A DNA stretch of 64,000 nucleotides from Flavobacteriales bacterium UBA5040 (GTDB lineage: Bacteria > Bacteroidota > Bacteroidia > Flavobacteriales > Weeksellaceae). This document shows, in pieces, positions 40,463 through 49,152 of the stretch. A program made the translations under genes and the position numbers. Numbering within the stretch: position 1 is the stretch's first letter; each line of letters opens with the position of its first letter. Under the pieces are notes generated by a model. It was not told the DNA's origin, searched no databases, and saw only the letters and a program-made list of their open reading frames with translations. Where the stretch lies: positions 11,319 to 75,318 of the forward strand of contig DIBY01000016.1 in assembly GCA_002415135.1 (NCBI GenBank). Reading direction: 5' to 3'.

Positions 40463-41080
40463 ATGAAACAATTAGTCGAAGTTTACAAAGGACTATCTTT
40501 TTTATTCACTCAAACAAAATTAACAGTTATTTCAATCGAGAAATGCTTGCTGAATAGTGAATATTTAAATGAAATTCAATTTGATGAAGAATTTTATAAT
40601 AAAACGACCTTTAGTAATTCAGTTCGCGGATTACTTTCTAATTATTCAGTAATTCAGTTTTGTTCATTTTTAGATGAATACAAAAATTTTAATCATACAT
40701 TAACAGAGAATGAAAATTTAAAGGCAAGAATAAGAAAAGTCCGAAATAAAAATAAATACGGATTAAAACGAGTCAATAGATGGACAAATTTATTCGATAT
40801 TAGAAATCAACTTCTGGCTCATAACTTTCAAATTAAGAATAAGTCTTTTTTTGATAATGAAGAGAATAAAGTTTTCGAATATTCATTTCCAGACTCATTA
40901 AATGAAAAATTAGTATTCTTAAAAATAATGGAAAAAATATGCTTAAATATTATAGAAGAATTTGATGAAATACTTCTGATTTCGAATATTGCAGAATATA
41001 AAATGTCAGAACATATTAAAATTAATAAAGGAATAATAGATCTTGAATCGGAAATGACCGAAATTGAAAAGCAAATGTAA
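40463..41080 (+). CDS. Hypothetical protein, cassette 4 (possible HEPN-like RxxxxxH)
   Basis: Very AT-rich ORF; IRNQLLAH motif. Confidence 0.65.
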   Translation: MKQLVEVYKGLSFLFTQTKLTVISIEKCLLNSEYLNEIQFDEEFYNKTTFSNSVRGLLSNYSVIQFCSFLDEYKNFNHTLTENENLKARIRKVRNKNKYGLKRVNRWTNLFDIRNQLLAHNFQIKNKSFFDNEENKVFEYSFPDSLNEKLVFLKIMEKICLNIIEEFDEILLISNIAEYKMSEHIKINKGIIDLESEMTEIEKQM

Positions 41081-41086
41081 GATTAT

Positions 41087-41190
41087 ACTATTGCTTACAC
41101 GCCATTTGTACAAGCGGTTAAAATTTTTTATTTAAGATTTAAAGCAAAAATTACGAACGCAAAAAAAGTTATTGCTATTAGCGCACCGGC
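41087..41190. repeat. Degenerate attC-like site 4 remnant
   Basis: ACTATTGCTTAC (41087-41098) just after stop, imperfect complement of GTTAGCGACAAT; right arm not recognisable. Confidence 0.4.
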
Positions 41191-41264
41191 AGTTTTTATC
41201 ATAAAGATTTTTGCTGATTGTTCAGTTTCTTATATTTATAAAATATGTTATAAAAAGAAATAAA

Positions 41265-41654
41265 ATGGGTATTGAAATTGGAAGATGGATTGTACTGTGT
41301 TTTGGACTATTTTTTATCGTTGTTTCAGGAATTATGCTATTGACGCCCACTTCAGCAAGAGCCACTTTACGAAAAGCTGGTAGCACCGCCTTTATTAATT
41401 ACGCCGAAATAACTTTACGAATGATTCCAGCCGCCGGACTGATATTAGTTGCAGAAAATTCTAAGTTTCCTGATGTTTTCAAAATCTTCGGCTGGTTCAT
41501 GTTATTGACTTCCTTTATATTGTATTTCGTGCCGAGAAAACTGCATTATCAGTTTTCTAACAAATGTGCTGATATTTTACTACCCATTTATTTTCAACTA
41601 ATTTCTCCGTTTGCACTTTTAATAGGCCTTTTAATCATCTATAGTGTTTACTAA
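41265..41654 (+). CDS. Hypothetical membrane protein
   Basis: Four hydrophobic segments; start placed at MGIEIG. Confidence 0.7.
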   Translation: MGIEIGRWIVLCFGLFFIVVSGIMLLTPTSARATLRKAGSTAFINYAEITLRMIPAAGLILVAENSKFPDVFKIFGWFMLLTSFILYFVPRKLHYQFSNKCADILLPIYFQLISPFALLIGLLIIYSVY

Positions 41655-41729
41655 AAGTGAACTTAGGCTTCCCAATCAGTCATCTCGCCAATCTGTATCT
41701 TTGTACTTTAGTCAAAAATAATATTTCAA

Positions 41730-42161
41730 ATGAATAACAAAATCTATCTTTTTCTTTTCATCTTGGTCACTGCTTCCTGTGGTGTTGCAAAAGATCTTCA
41801 TTCTAAACCAATATTCCGATATGTCGATTTATATCAGTACGGGAAAATTGAACTGGGACAGGATATTTCAAAATTTGATTCGCTCCTGGAAAAAAATGGA
41901 GATCATAAATTTTTAAAACAAAACGTTTTCGGCGGATCAGAATCGATTCAATTGGTACAGAATTCACAAGGAAAAATTAGTGCAATTATTTTCAGTTATG
42001 GAAACGAAACTAATTTAAGGTCAAAAATTAAAGACTACCAATATCTGGGAAAACTAAAAATGGAGGGTGAAAATGCAAGCTGGACCGATGGTAAAACTTT
42101 ATTTGAAGTTTATGAGGAAAACCAGATCGTGTACGCTAAAATGACCGATTTATTACAATAG
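41730..42161 (+). CDS. Hypothetical lipoprotein
   Basis: Lipobox TASC. Confidence 0.7.
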   Translation: MNNKIYLFLFILVTASCGVAKDLHSKPIFRYVDLYQYGKIELGQDISKFDSLLEKNGDHKFLKQNVFGGSESIQLVQNSQGKISAIIFSYGNETNLRSKIKDYQYLGKLKMEGENASWTDGKTLFEVYEENQIVYAKMTDLLQ

Positions 42162-42302
42162 TTGAAATACAAGTGTAGTAATCGATCTTTCTTTGTGCTT
42201 TTTTGCAATAAAAATATGCTATAATAAGTTCATTTTGTTGCATGTTAGCAAAAGAAGTTATATTTTTGCACCTCGAAATAATTAACAAAATTCATTAACA
42301 TT

Positions 42303-42644
42303 ATGAACAATTACGAAACTGTTTTCATTTTAACTCCCGTTCTATCTGATGCTCAGGTGGAGGAAGCAGTGAAAAAATTTGAAGACCTATTGGCTTCACA
42401 CAATTGCGAAATGGTTGCCAAAGAAAAATGGGGCCTTAAAAAATTAGCTTATCCAATTCAATTAAAAAAGAATGGATTCTACACTTTGATCGAATTCAAA
42501 GGTGAAGGAACTGTAGTAGCAGACTTAGAACTTGCGTTCAAACGTGACGAAAGAGTACTTCGTTACCTTACTACAAAACTTGACAAACACGCGATCGAGT
42601 ATGCAGTAACAAGAAGAACGAAAGTGAAAACTGCGAAAGTTTAA
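42303..42644 (+). CDS. rpsF: 30S ribosomal protein S6
   Basis: [17 protein letters not shown]. Confidence 0.97.
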   Translation: MNNYETVFILTPVLSDAQVEEAVKKFEDLLASHNCEMVAKEKWGLKKLAYPIQLKKNGFYTLIEFKGEGTVVADLELAFKRDERVLRYLTTKLDKHAIEYAVTRRTKVKTAKV

Positions 42645-42669
42645 TTTTAACCCTTAAAAAAGAAAAGAC

Positions 42670-42972
42670 ATGGCAATAGATGATATGGCTAAACAAGCCT
42701 CAGCAGGCGGAGAATCTGAAGTAAGATTTTTAACTCCACTAGACATCAATACAAAATCTGACAAAAAATACTGTAGATTCAAGAAATTCGGAATCAAACA
42801 TGTAGATTATAAAGATCCAGATTTCCTTATTCAGTTCGTTAACGAACAAGGTAAAATTTTACCAAGAAGATATACAGGAACTTCTTTGAAATACCAAAGA
42901 AAAGTATCTGCAGCCATCAAAAGAGCAAGACACTTGGCAATGATGCCTTATGTTGCGGATCTTTTGAAATAA
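42670..42972 (+). CDS. rpsR: 30S ribosomal protein S18
   Basis: [25 protein letters not shown]. Confidence 0.97.
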   Translation: MAIDDMAKQASAGGESEVRFLTPLDINTKSDKKYCRFKKFGIKHVDYKDPDFLIQFVNEQGKILPRRYTGTSLKYQRKVSAAIKRARHLAMMPYVADLLK

Positions 42973-43121
42973 GACAAAATAGATAAAAGAATAAAGAGAG
43001 AAACTTAATTTGATTAAGTTTCTTTTTTAAAACTTTTGTTGCTGATTTATAAATTAATTCTAACGATTTTTTGATAAAAGAAAATTACTCTTTTATTTAA
43101 AATTAAAAACGGACAACAACA

Positions 43122-43652
43122 ATGGACATTATCCTAAAAAAAGACGTAGAAAACTTAGGTTTAGAGTTTGATACAGTAAGTGTAAAACCTGGTTATGCAA
43201 GAAACTTCTTGTTACCACAAGGTATTGCTCTTTTGGCTACGCCAAAAAACAAAGCAGCTTTAGCAGAAACTCTAGAAGCTAGAAAAGATGAAGAAGCTAA
43301 ATTGGTTGCGAATGCAAATGCAATCGTAGAACAATTGAAGAAAACAAATATCGTTATCGCAACTAAAGTTGGTACAGGTGACAAATTATTTGGTTCTATC
43401 AACAATGCTAACCTCTCTGATGAGTTATCTAAAGTAGGCGTGCAAGTTGACAAAAAATACATCAAGATCCCAGGAAACAACATTAAGAGAACTGGTAAAT
43501 CTACTGCAGTAATCAGATTACACAGAGATGTAGAATACAACTACGAATTCGAAATCGTTTCAGATGCTCCACCAGTGGTAGAAGCTCCGAAACCAGTTGC
43601 GAAGCCTAAAGCAGTTGAAGCTACAGAAGAAACTCCAGCTGAAGAAGCATAA
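43122..43652 (+). CDS. rplI: 50S ribosomal protein L9
   Basis: VKPGYARNFL, KLFGSI; Pro/Ala/Glu-rich tail. Confidence 0.97.
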   Translation: MDIILKKDVENLGLEFDTVSVKPGYARNFLLPQGIALLATPKNKAALAETLEARKDEEAKLVANANAIVEQLKKTNIVIATKVGTGDKLFGSINNANLSDELSKVGVQVDKKYIKIPGNNIKRTGKSTAVIRLHRDVEYNYEFEIVSDAPPVVEAPKPVAKPKAVEATEETPAEEA

Positions 43653-43672
43653 GAGTTTTTGAAATATTTAAG

Positions 43673-43707
43673 ATCCGTTATCATTTAGTTGATAGCGGAT
43701 TTTTTTT
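43673..43707 (+). terminator. Intrinsic terminator after rplI
   Basis: ATCCGTTATCA..TGATAGCGGAT plus T-run. Confidence 0.75.
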
Positions 43708-43739
43708 GGTTTGAATCTAAGTGGAATTGGGAAATTTTG

Positions 43740-43788
43740 AATGGTCAATAGTCAATTGTGAATGGTGAATGGTCAATTGTGAGTGGTC
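43740..43788. repeat. Heptamer tandem repeat (7 degenerate units, AATGGTC-like)
   Basis: AATGGTC AATAGTC AATTGTG AATGGTG AATGGTC AATTGTG AGTGGTC. Confidence 0.8.
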
Positions 43789-43939
43789 CATTATAGAAGA
43801 TGTAATATGTAGAAAAAATGATCTTGCTTCGCCATGTCAAGGTTAAAGCAGATTCTTTCTGGTAATTTATTGGATAATAGTCATACGTAATATAGATCAC
43901 TGGGAACTAACTCCTATATTTGAGAATAATCATATTACC

Positions 43940-43974
43940 TAACCTTGTCAAGGTTTAGAACCTTGACAAGGTTA
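43940..43974. repeat. Nested REP-like palindrome
   Basis: TAACCTTGTCAAGGTT-TAG-AACCTTGACAAGGTTA, perfect 16-bp arms; decayed second copy at 44132-44166. Confidence 0.8.
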
Positions 43975-44265
43975 ATTCGGAAAAGATTTCAAGAGGTCGT
44001 CAACGATTCGAAGGAGAATTTGAATTACATTCTAACTTCTTTTTTTTCATTCATCCACATCGAATTTAAAATCAAAATCAATATTTTATTACATTAGAAA
44101 AACTTCAGAAATAAATTTGATAGTTTTTCTTCCTAACCTTGTCAAGTTTAATCACGGTTAATTCGGAGCAAACTTATGTGATAAATCCGCTTACACATTA
44201 TATTAAATATTTGCATCACTAGAAAGCTATTGTAAGTCCTTACATTCTACTTCAAAATTCACTAC

Positions 44266-44298
44266 AAAAAAAGCTTCAGAAATATTTCTGAAGCTTTT
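44266..44298 (-). terminator. Intrinsic terminator after glutamate synthase-family gene
   Basis: AAAAGCTTCAGAAA/TTTCTGAAGCTTTT with A-run on + strand. Confidence 0.75.
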
Positions 44299-44329
44299 AA
44301 TTTTATAATAAATTACGGTCTATTACATT

Positions 44330-45850
44330 TTAATATTTACCAACCGGTGTTTTTACGTTTCCTAAAATATCTGGGAAGTAGAAGTCTGCTAAATGTTCGA
44401 ATTCATCTCCACGCATAAACATGCTGGCGTCAACTTCATCATACGAAGATTTTCCTGCAGCTCCAATAAGCTCATTACACGTACGCAAAGTGTTCTTATG
44501 GAAATGGTATACTCTTTCGCTTTTATCGGTTACATCTAACCCCTTAATAAGCATTTTATCCTGGGTTGCAACTCCGGTAGGACATGTGTTGGTATTACAT
44601 CTCAAAGCTTGAATACATCCAAGAGCAAACATAAATCCTCTCGCATTGTTACACATATCTGCACCCATCGCAACGGCGCGTAAGATATCCAGGGAAGTTA
44701 ATACTTTACCACTTGCGATTACTTTCAATTTATCTCTAACGTTGAAATTGGTTAGCGTTCTGTTCACAAATATTAAAGAAGGCTCTAACGGCATTCCTAC
44801 TCCATCAGAAAATTCTGGTGGTGCGGCTCCTGTACCTCCTTCTGCTCCATCAACAGTAATGAAATCCGGATAGATCTTCAAAACATTCATTTGTGCACAG
44901 ATATCTTCAAACTCACGGGTATCACCGATACATAATTTGAATCCAACCGGTTTCCCCTCTGAAAGGTCTCTCAACTGTTGTACAAATCTTAATAATCCCG
45001 CCGCATCAGAAAAGGAAGAATGCGAGGGCGGAGAAATAATGGTCATTCCGGGTTGTACGTGACGAATCGCGGCAATTTCCGGCGTATTTTTAGAACCTGG
45101 TAAAACACCACCATGTCCTGGTTTTGCTCCTTGAGAGATTTTAATTTCAATCATCTTCACTGCAGGAAGCGCAACATTCTTTTTAAAAATTTCTGGTGAA
45201 AAACGACCGTTGTCATCTCTACAACCGAAATAGCCAGTACCGATTTGCCAGCATAAATCACCACCTTCTAAATGGTAAGGAGAAATTCCTCCTTCTCCTG
45301 TGTTGTGATAAAAGCCACCTTTTTTCGCACCTCTGTTCAAAGCCATTTGAGCACGGTCACTTAATGATCCAAAACTCATCGCTGAAATGTTGAAAAGTGA
45401 AGCTTTATATTTTTGAGTACACTGATCACCTCCAACCAAAACGGTCGGTAATTCTTCTCCAGGTGATTTGGCGTAAATGGAATGTTTTATTCCCTCGTAT
45501 TTTCTATTATTGATTTCCAGTTGTGTCCCGAAAGGTACTGTGTCGCTAATGTTTTTAGCTCTTCTGTACGCTGCAGAACGTTCATTTCTTGGAAAAGGTT
45601 TTCCATCAGTTTCTCTCTCGATGAAATATTGCTGCATCTCTGGCGAAATCTCTTCGAAAAAATATCTAAAATATCCTAAGACCGGAAAGTTACGCAGAAT
45701 AGCATGTTTGGTCTGGAAACTGTTGTAAAGTCCCAGAAAATAAATGCAACTAAGCAAAATCGGTATCCAGTAATGAGTCTTAATCAATATCGATATAACC
45801 CATGTTACAACCAAAAGTACTAATCCCCACCTAATGAATTTTTCTCTCAT
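44330..45850 (-). CDS. FMN-binding glutamate synthase family protein
   Basis: SAMSFGSLS, NTGEGG, QGAKPGHGG, DGAEGGTG, CIQALRCNTNTCPTGVATQ. Confidence 0.92.
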   Translation of the reverse strand: MREKFIRWGLVLLVVTWVISILIKTHYWIPILLSCIYFLGLYNSFQTKHAILRNFPVLGYFRYFFEEISPEMQQYFIERETDGKPFPRNERSAAYRRAKNISDTVPFGTQLEINNRKYEGIKHSIYAKSPGEELPTVLVGGDQCTQKYKASLFNISAMSFGSLSDRAQMALNRGAKKGGFYHNTGEGGISPYHLEGGDLCWQIGTGYFGCRDDNGRFSPEIFKKNVALPAVKMIEIKISQGAKPGHGGVLPGSKNTPEIAAIRHVQPGMTIISPPSHSSFSDAAGLLRFVQQLRDLSEGKPVGFKLCIGDTREFEDICAQMNVLKIYPDFITVDGAEGGTGAAPPEFSDGVGMPLEPSLIFVNRTLTNFNVRDKLKVIASGKVLTSLDILRAVAMGADMCNNARGFMFALGCIQALRCNTNTCPTGVATQDKMLIKGLDVTDKSERVYHFHKNTLRTCNELIGAAGKSSYDEVDASMFMRGDEFEHLADFYFPDILGNVKTPVGKY

Positions 45851-45898
45851 TATAAATTTTTTATTTTATGACCCCAAAAATAATAATAATAAGTGGGT

Positions 45899-45933
45899 AA
45901 AAAAAACCGCTTTCAGTAATTTTGAAAACGGTT
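45899..45933 (-). terminator. Intrinsic terminator at PUL end
   Basis: Minus strand AACCGTTTTCA..TGAAAGCGGTTTTTTTT. Confidence 0.65.
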
Positions 45934-45951
45934 CGATTGATAAAGTCTATT

Positions 45952-48279
45952 TTACTTAGACCAGTTGATTTTCAGCGTTTTTACTTGCTCAGAATCAGTG
46001 CCTATCATAATATCAAAGTCTCCTGCTTCCCAATCAAATTTTAATTCATTATTATAAAATTTCAAGTCTTCGGGAGTAATATTGAAAGTCACTTTTTTGC
46101 TTTCTCCTTTCTTCAAAAATACTTTTTGAAACCCTTTCAACTCTTTTACCGGTCTTGTAATACTTCCCACAATATCTCTGATGTACAATTGCACCACCTC
46201 TGCTCCATTATAATTCCCGGTATTACTGAGCGTAACAGATGCTTGAACGGTTTGATTTCCTTTTGGATTCGCATTAGAAACAGCCATGTCGGAATAATTA
46301 AATTGGGTATAACTTAAACCATAACCGAACGGATAAAGCGGTGCATTGCACTCATCCATAAAATTCGAGCGGAATCTTTCGTATTCACATTTTTCCGTTT
46401 TTTCAGCGCTCAAAGGTCTTCCTGTATTTTTATGATTGTAATATAAAGGTACTTGACCTAAACTTCTTGGGAACGTCATCGGTAATTTCCCCGATGGATT
46501 TACTTTACCGAAAAGAACGTCGGTAATCGCATTTCCAGCCTCTGTACCTGGGAACCACACATTTAATATAGAATCCGGGATATCTTTTATATTGGTTAAA
46601 GCCAAAGGTCTTCCTGTGAAAAGGACTACTACAATTGGTTTCCCAGTTTTCTTCAACTCCTTCAATAAATCAACTTGCGAAGTTGGAATATCAATTTCTG
46701 TTCTGGAAGAAGATTCTCCACTCATCTCGGCTGATTCTCCGATGGCAAGGATAATCACATCTGACTGATTAGCAATTGAAACTGCTTCTTTTAACAATTC
46801 TTCTTTGGAACGGGAATCGCGGTCGGTTAATTTTCCATGGGCTGCATAAATATTCTCAAGTTTTTCGCTGTAATCAATGTTCGCTCCTTTTGCAGAAAGA
46901 AATTTCACCTGCTTACCCAGATTATCCTGCAAGCCTTTGAGTAATGAAACTGAATTTTCATGTTTCGCACCAACGCTCCAGGTTCCAGCCATATTAAGAG
47001 CATTGTTCACCAAGGGACCGATAACGGCAACCGTTCCTGATTTTTTTAAGGGTAATGTTTGGTTATCATTTTTCATTAAAACCATCGACTGTGCAGCGGT
47101 ATTTCTGGCAATATTTCTATTTTCCATACTGTACACTTCTTTGGCGGCTAATTGAGCATCGCCATATCGGTAAGGATCTTCAAACAAGCCCAGATCATAT
47201 TTTGCTTCCAAAATTCTTCTGGCTGCCTGATCAATTTTTGCCTGTTTTACTTTGCCTTCCTGTAATGATTTTTTTAAAGTCGTTAAAAAACCTTCGCCCA
47301 CCATATCCATATCGATACCGGCATTGAGTGACATGGCAGAAACCTGCTGCAAATCTCCCATTCCGTGATCGACCATTTCATTAATTCCCGTATAATCAGT
47401 CACAATAAAACCATCAAATCCCCATTTATTTCTGAGAATCTCGGTTTGCAACCATTTATTTCCGGTCGCAGGAATACCATCAACTTCATTAAAAGAAGCC
47501 ATGACCGATCCAACACCCGCATCAACTGCAGCTTTATAAGGTGGAAAATATTCATTGAACATTCGTAAATGACTCATATCAACGGTGTTGTAATCGCGAC
47601 CCGCTTCACCAGCTCCATATAAGGCAAAATGTTTAACGCAAGCCATAATCGTATTACTCAAGGCAAGGTCTTTTCCCTGATAACCGTAAACCATGGCTTT
47701 TGCGATCGCACTTCCTAAATAAGGATCTTCACCGGAACCTTCGGAGACCCGTCCCCATCTTGGCTCACGGGAAATATCGGTCATCGGTGAGAAGGTCCAC
47801 GAAATTCCATCAGAAGTTGCTTCTTTGGCAGCTACTCTGGCAGATTGTTGAATAAGATCCATATCCCAGGAAGAGGCAAGACCTAAGGGAATTGGAAAAT
47901 TGGTTTCGTAACCATGAATAACATCCATCCCGAATAGAAGTGGAATTTTCAGACGGCTCTTTTCAACGGCAACTTTTTGTACTGCTCTAATTTTTTCAGC
48001 GCCTTTAATATTGAAAAGTCCACCGACCAAACCGTCTTCAATCTTTTTACCAATTCCCGAATTTTGAGCTTGACCAGTAGTGAAATCACCAGCACTTGGC
48101 AGATTGAGTTGACCGATTTTTTCTTCTACAGTCATTTTCGCCAAAAGCGATTCGACAAAAGCTTTCTTCTTGGCTTTATACTGACTCGTCTGGAAAGACT
48201 GAACCGGCTTGTTTACGGTATCCTGTGCGATCACTGAAGTGGAAAGAGCCATCGCGGCGAGTAAAACTAATTTTTTCAT
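45952..48279 (-). CDS. bglX: GH3 beta-glucosidase
   Basis: DVIHG, RWGRVSEGSGEDP, KHFALYG, VTDY, SGESSSR, FN3-like C-terminus. Confidence 0.93.
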   Translation of the reverse strand: MKKLVLLAAMALSTSVIAQDTVNKPVQSFQTSQYKAKKKAFVESLLAKMTVEEKIGQLNLPSAGDFTTGQAQNSGIGKKIEDGLVGGLFNIKGAEKIRAVQKVAVEKSRLKIPLLFGMDVIHGYETNFPIPLGLASSWDMDLIQQSARVAAKEATSDGISWTFSPMTDISREPRWGRVSEGSGEDPYLGSAIAKAMVYGYQGKDLALSNTIMACVKHFALYGAGEAGRDYNTVDMSHLRMFNEYFPPYKAAVDAGVGSVMASFNEVDGIPATGNKWLQTEILRNKWGFDGFIVTDYTGINEMVDHGMGDLQQVSAMSLNAGIDMDMVGEGFLTTLKKSLQEGKVKQAKIDQAARRILEAKYDLGLFEDPYRYGDAQLAAKEVYSMENRNIARNTAAQSMVLMKNDNQTLPLKKSGTVAVIGPLVNNALNMAGTWSVGAKHENSVSLLKGLQDNLGKQVKFLSAKGANIDYSEKLENIYAAHGKLTDRDSRSKEELLKEAVSIANQSDVIILAIGESAEMSGESSSRTEIDIPTSQVDLLKELKKTGKPIVVVLFTGRPLALTNIKDIPDSILNVWFPGTEAGNAITDVLFGKVNPSGKLPMTFPRSLGQVPLYYNHKNTGRPLSAEKTEKCEYERFRSNFMDECNAPLYPFGYGLSYTQFNYSDMAVSNANPKGNQTVQASVTLSNTGNYNGAEVVQLYIRDIVGSITRPVKELKGFQKVFLKKGESKKVTFNITPEDLKFYNNELKFDWEAGDFDIMIGTDSEQVKTLKINWSK

Positions 48280-48295
48280 TTTATTTAAATTTCGT

Positions 48296-49012
48296 TTATT
48301 TCTTTACTGTATTTTTCTTTTGAGCCAACATCCACTGGTATAACTTCGGATCAGAATAGGTAGAATCCCAGGAGTTGTGATTGTCATCCGGGAAAATAGT
48401 GAGTTCTACATTTTTGTTGACCTTCTTAATTTCCTGATAGATCTCAATGGAATTCATTGGGGAAACGATGTCATCATTCCCACCGTGAAATAATTTCATC
48501 GGTAAATCTTTATACTGGGAAACTCTCACTTTCATCAAACGGTCTACCGGCGCACAAACGGCGATTACTGCTGAAAATAGTTCAGGATGTTCCATGGCTA
48601 ATTTTAAAGTTCCCCAACCGCCCATGGATAAACCGGTAAGCATAATTCGGGAATCATCAATTTGATATTTCTGCTGAATTTCTTTGATTAAATAATAAAC
48701 CGCTTCAGTATCCCACCAAACATCTTTCGGACATTGGGGCGCTAAAATGGCCACTGGTTCTGGAAATAAATTTTTATAAGTGAAAGGACTGTGCGCTTTT
48801 ACCATGTCCAAATTATCTCCTCTTTCACCAGAACCATGCAGAAAAACCATCAGCGGAACTTTCCCTTTTGCATTTTCAGGATAATCCAAAATGTAGGAAA
48901 TTTTCTGTTCCTTTTTAATTTCCTTTTTCAGCTCGGCTTTGATCTCTTGTGCATTTACACTGAAGAATAATCCGAGTAGGAAAAGCGGAACGTATTTTAA
49001 TTTGTTGTTCAT
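48296..49012 (-). CDS. Secreted alpha/beta hydrolase (esterase/peptidase-like)
   Basis: FLHGSGE, GLSMGG, FHG..D, HNSW. Confidence 0.85.
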   Translation of the reverse strand: MNNKLKYVPLFLLGLFFSVNAQEIKAELKKEIKKEQKISYILDYPENAKGKVPLMVFLHGSGERGDNLDMVKAHSPFTYKNLFPEPVAILAPQCPKDVWWDTEAVYYLIKEIQQKYQIDDSRIMLTGLSMGGWGTLKLAMEHPELFSAVIAVCAPVDRLMKVRVSQYKDLPMKLFHGGNDDIVSPMNSIEIYQEIKKVNKNVELTIFPDDNHNSWDSTYSDPKLYQWMLAQKKNTVKK

Positions 49013-49036
49013 ATCTTATTATTTATACCGAATCTC

Positions 49037-49121
49037 TAGCCCCGATCAGAACGGCATCCTTTTTTTTTTTTTAGGTGCTGGATTCGCGCTGGCAAAAGAA
49101 AAAGATATAATGTAGAGCGGG
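49037..49121 (+). repeat. Dispersed structured repeat, Flavo-1-like
   Basis: TAGCCCCGATCAGAACGGCATCCTTTT...AAAAGATATAATGTAGAGCGGG. Confidence 0.7.
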
Positions 49122-49152
49122 AGTAAGCTTCTAAAAAAAACTTACTAAACCT

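Noticed and set aside
41247..42161. ORFs 41265 and 41730 as further cassettes
   Set aside because: GTTATAA precedes the first, but no complementary AAC core or palindrome follows either gene
42230..42302. S6:S18 autoregulatory leader RNA before rpsF
   Set aside because: A TATTTTTG -7 box at 42261 leaves only about 30 nt of unstructured leader; no hairpin or CCG motif seen
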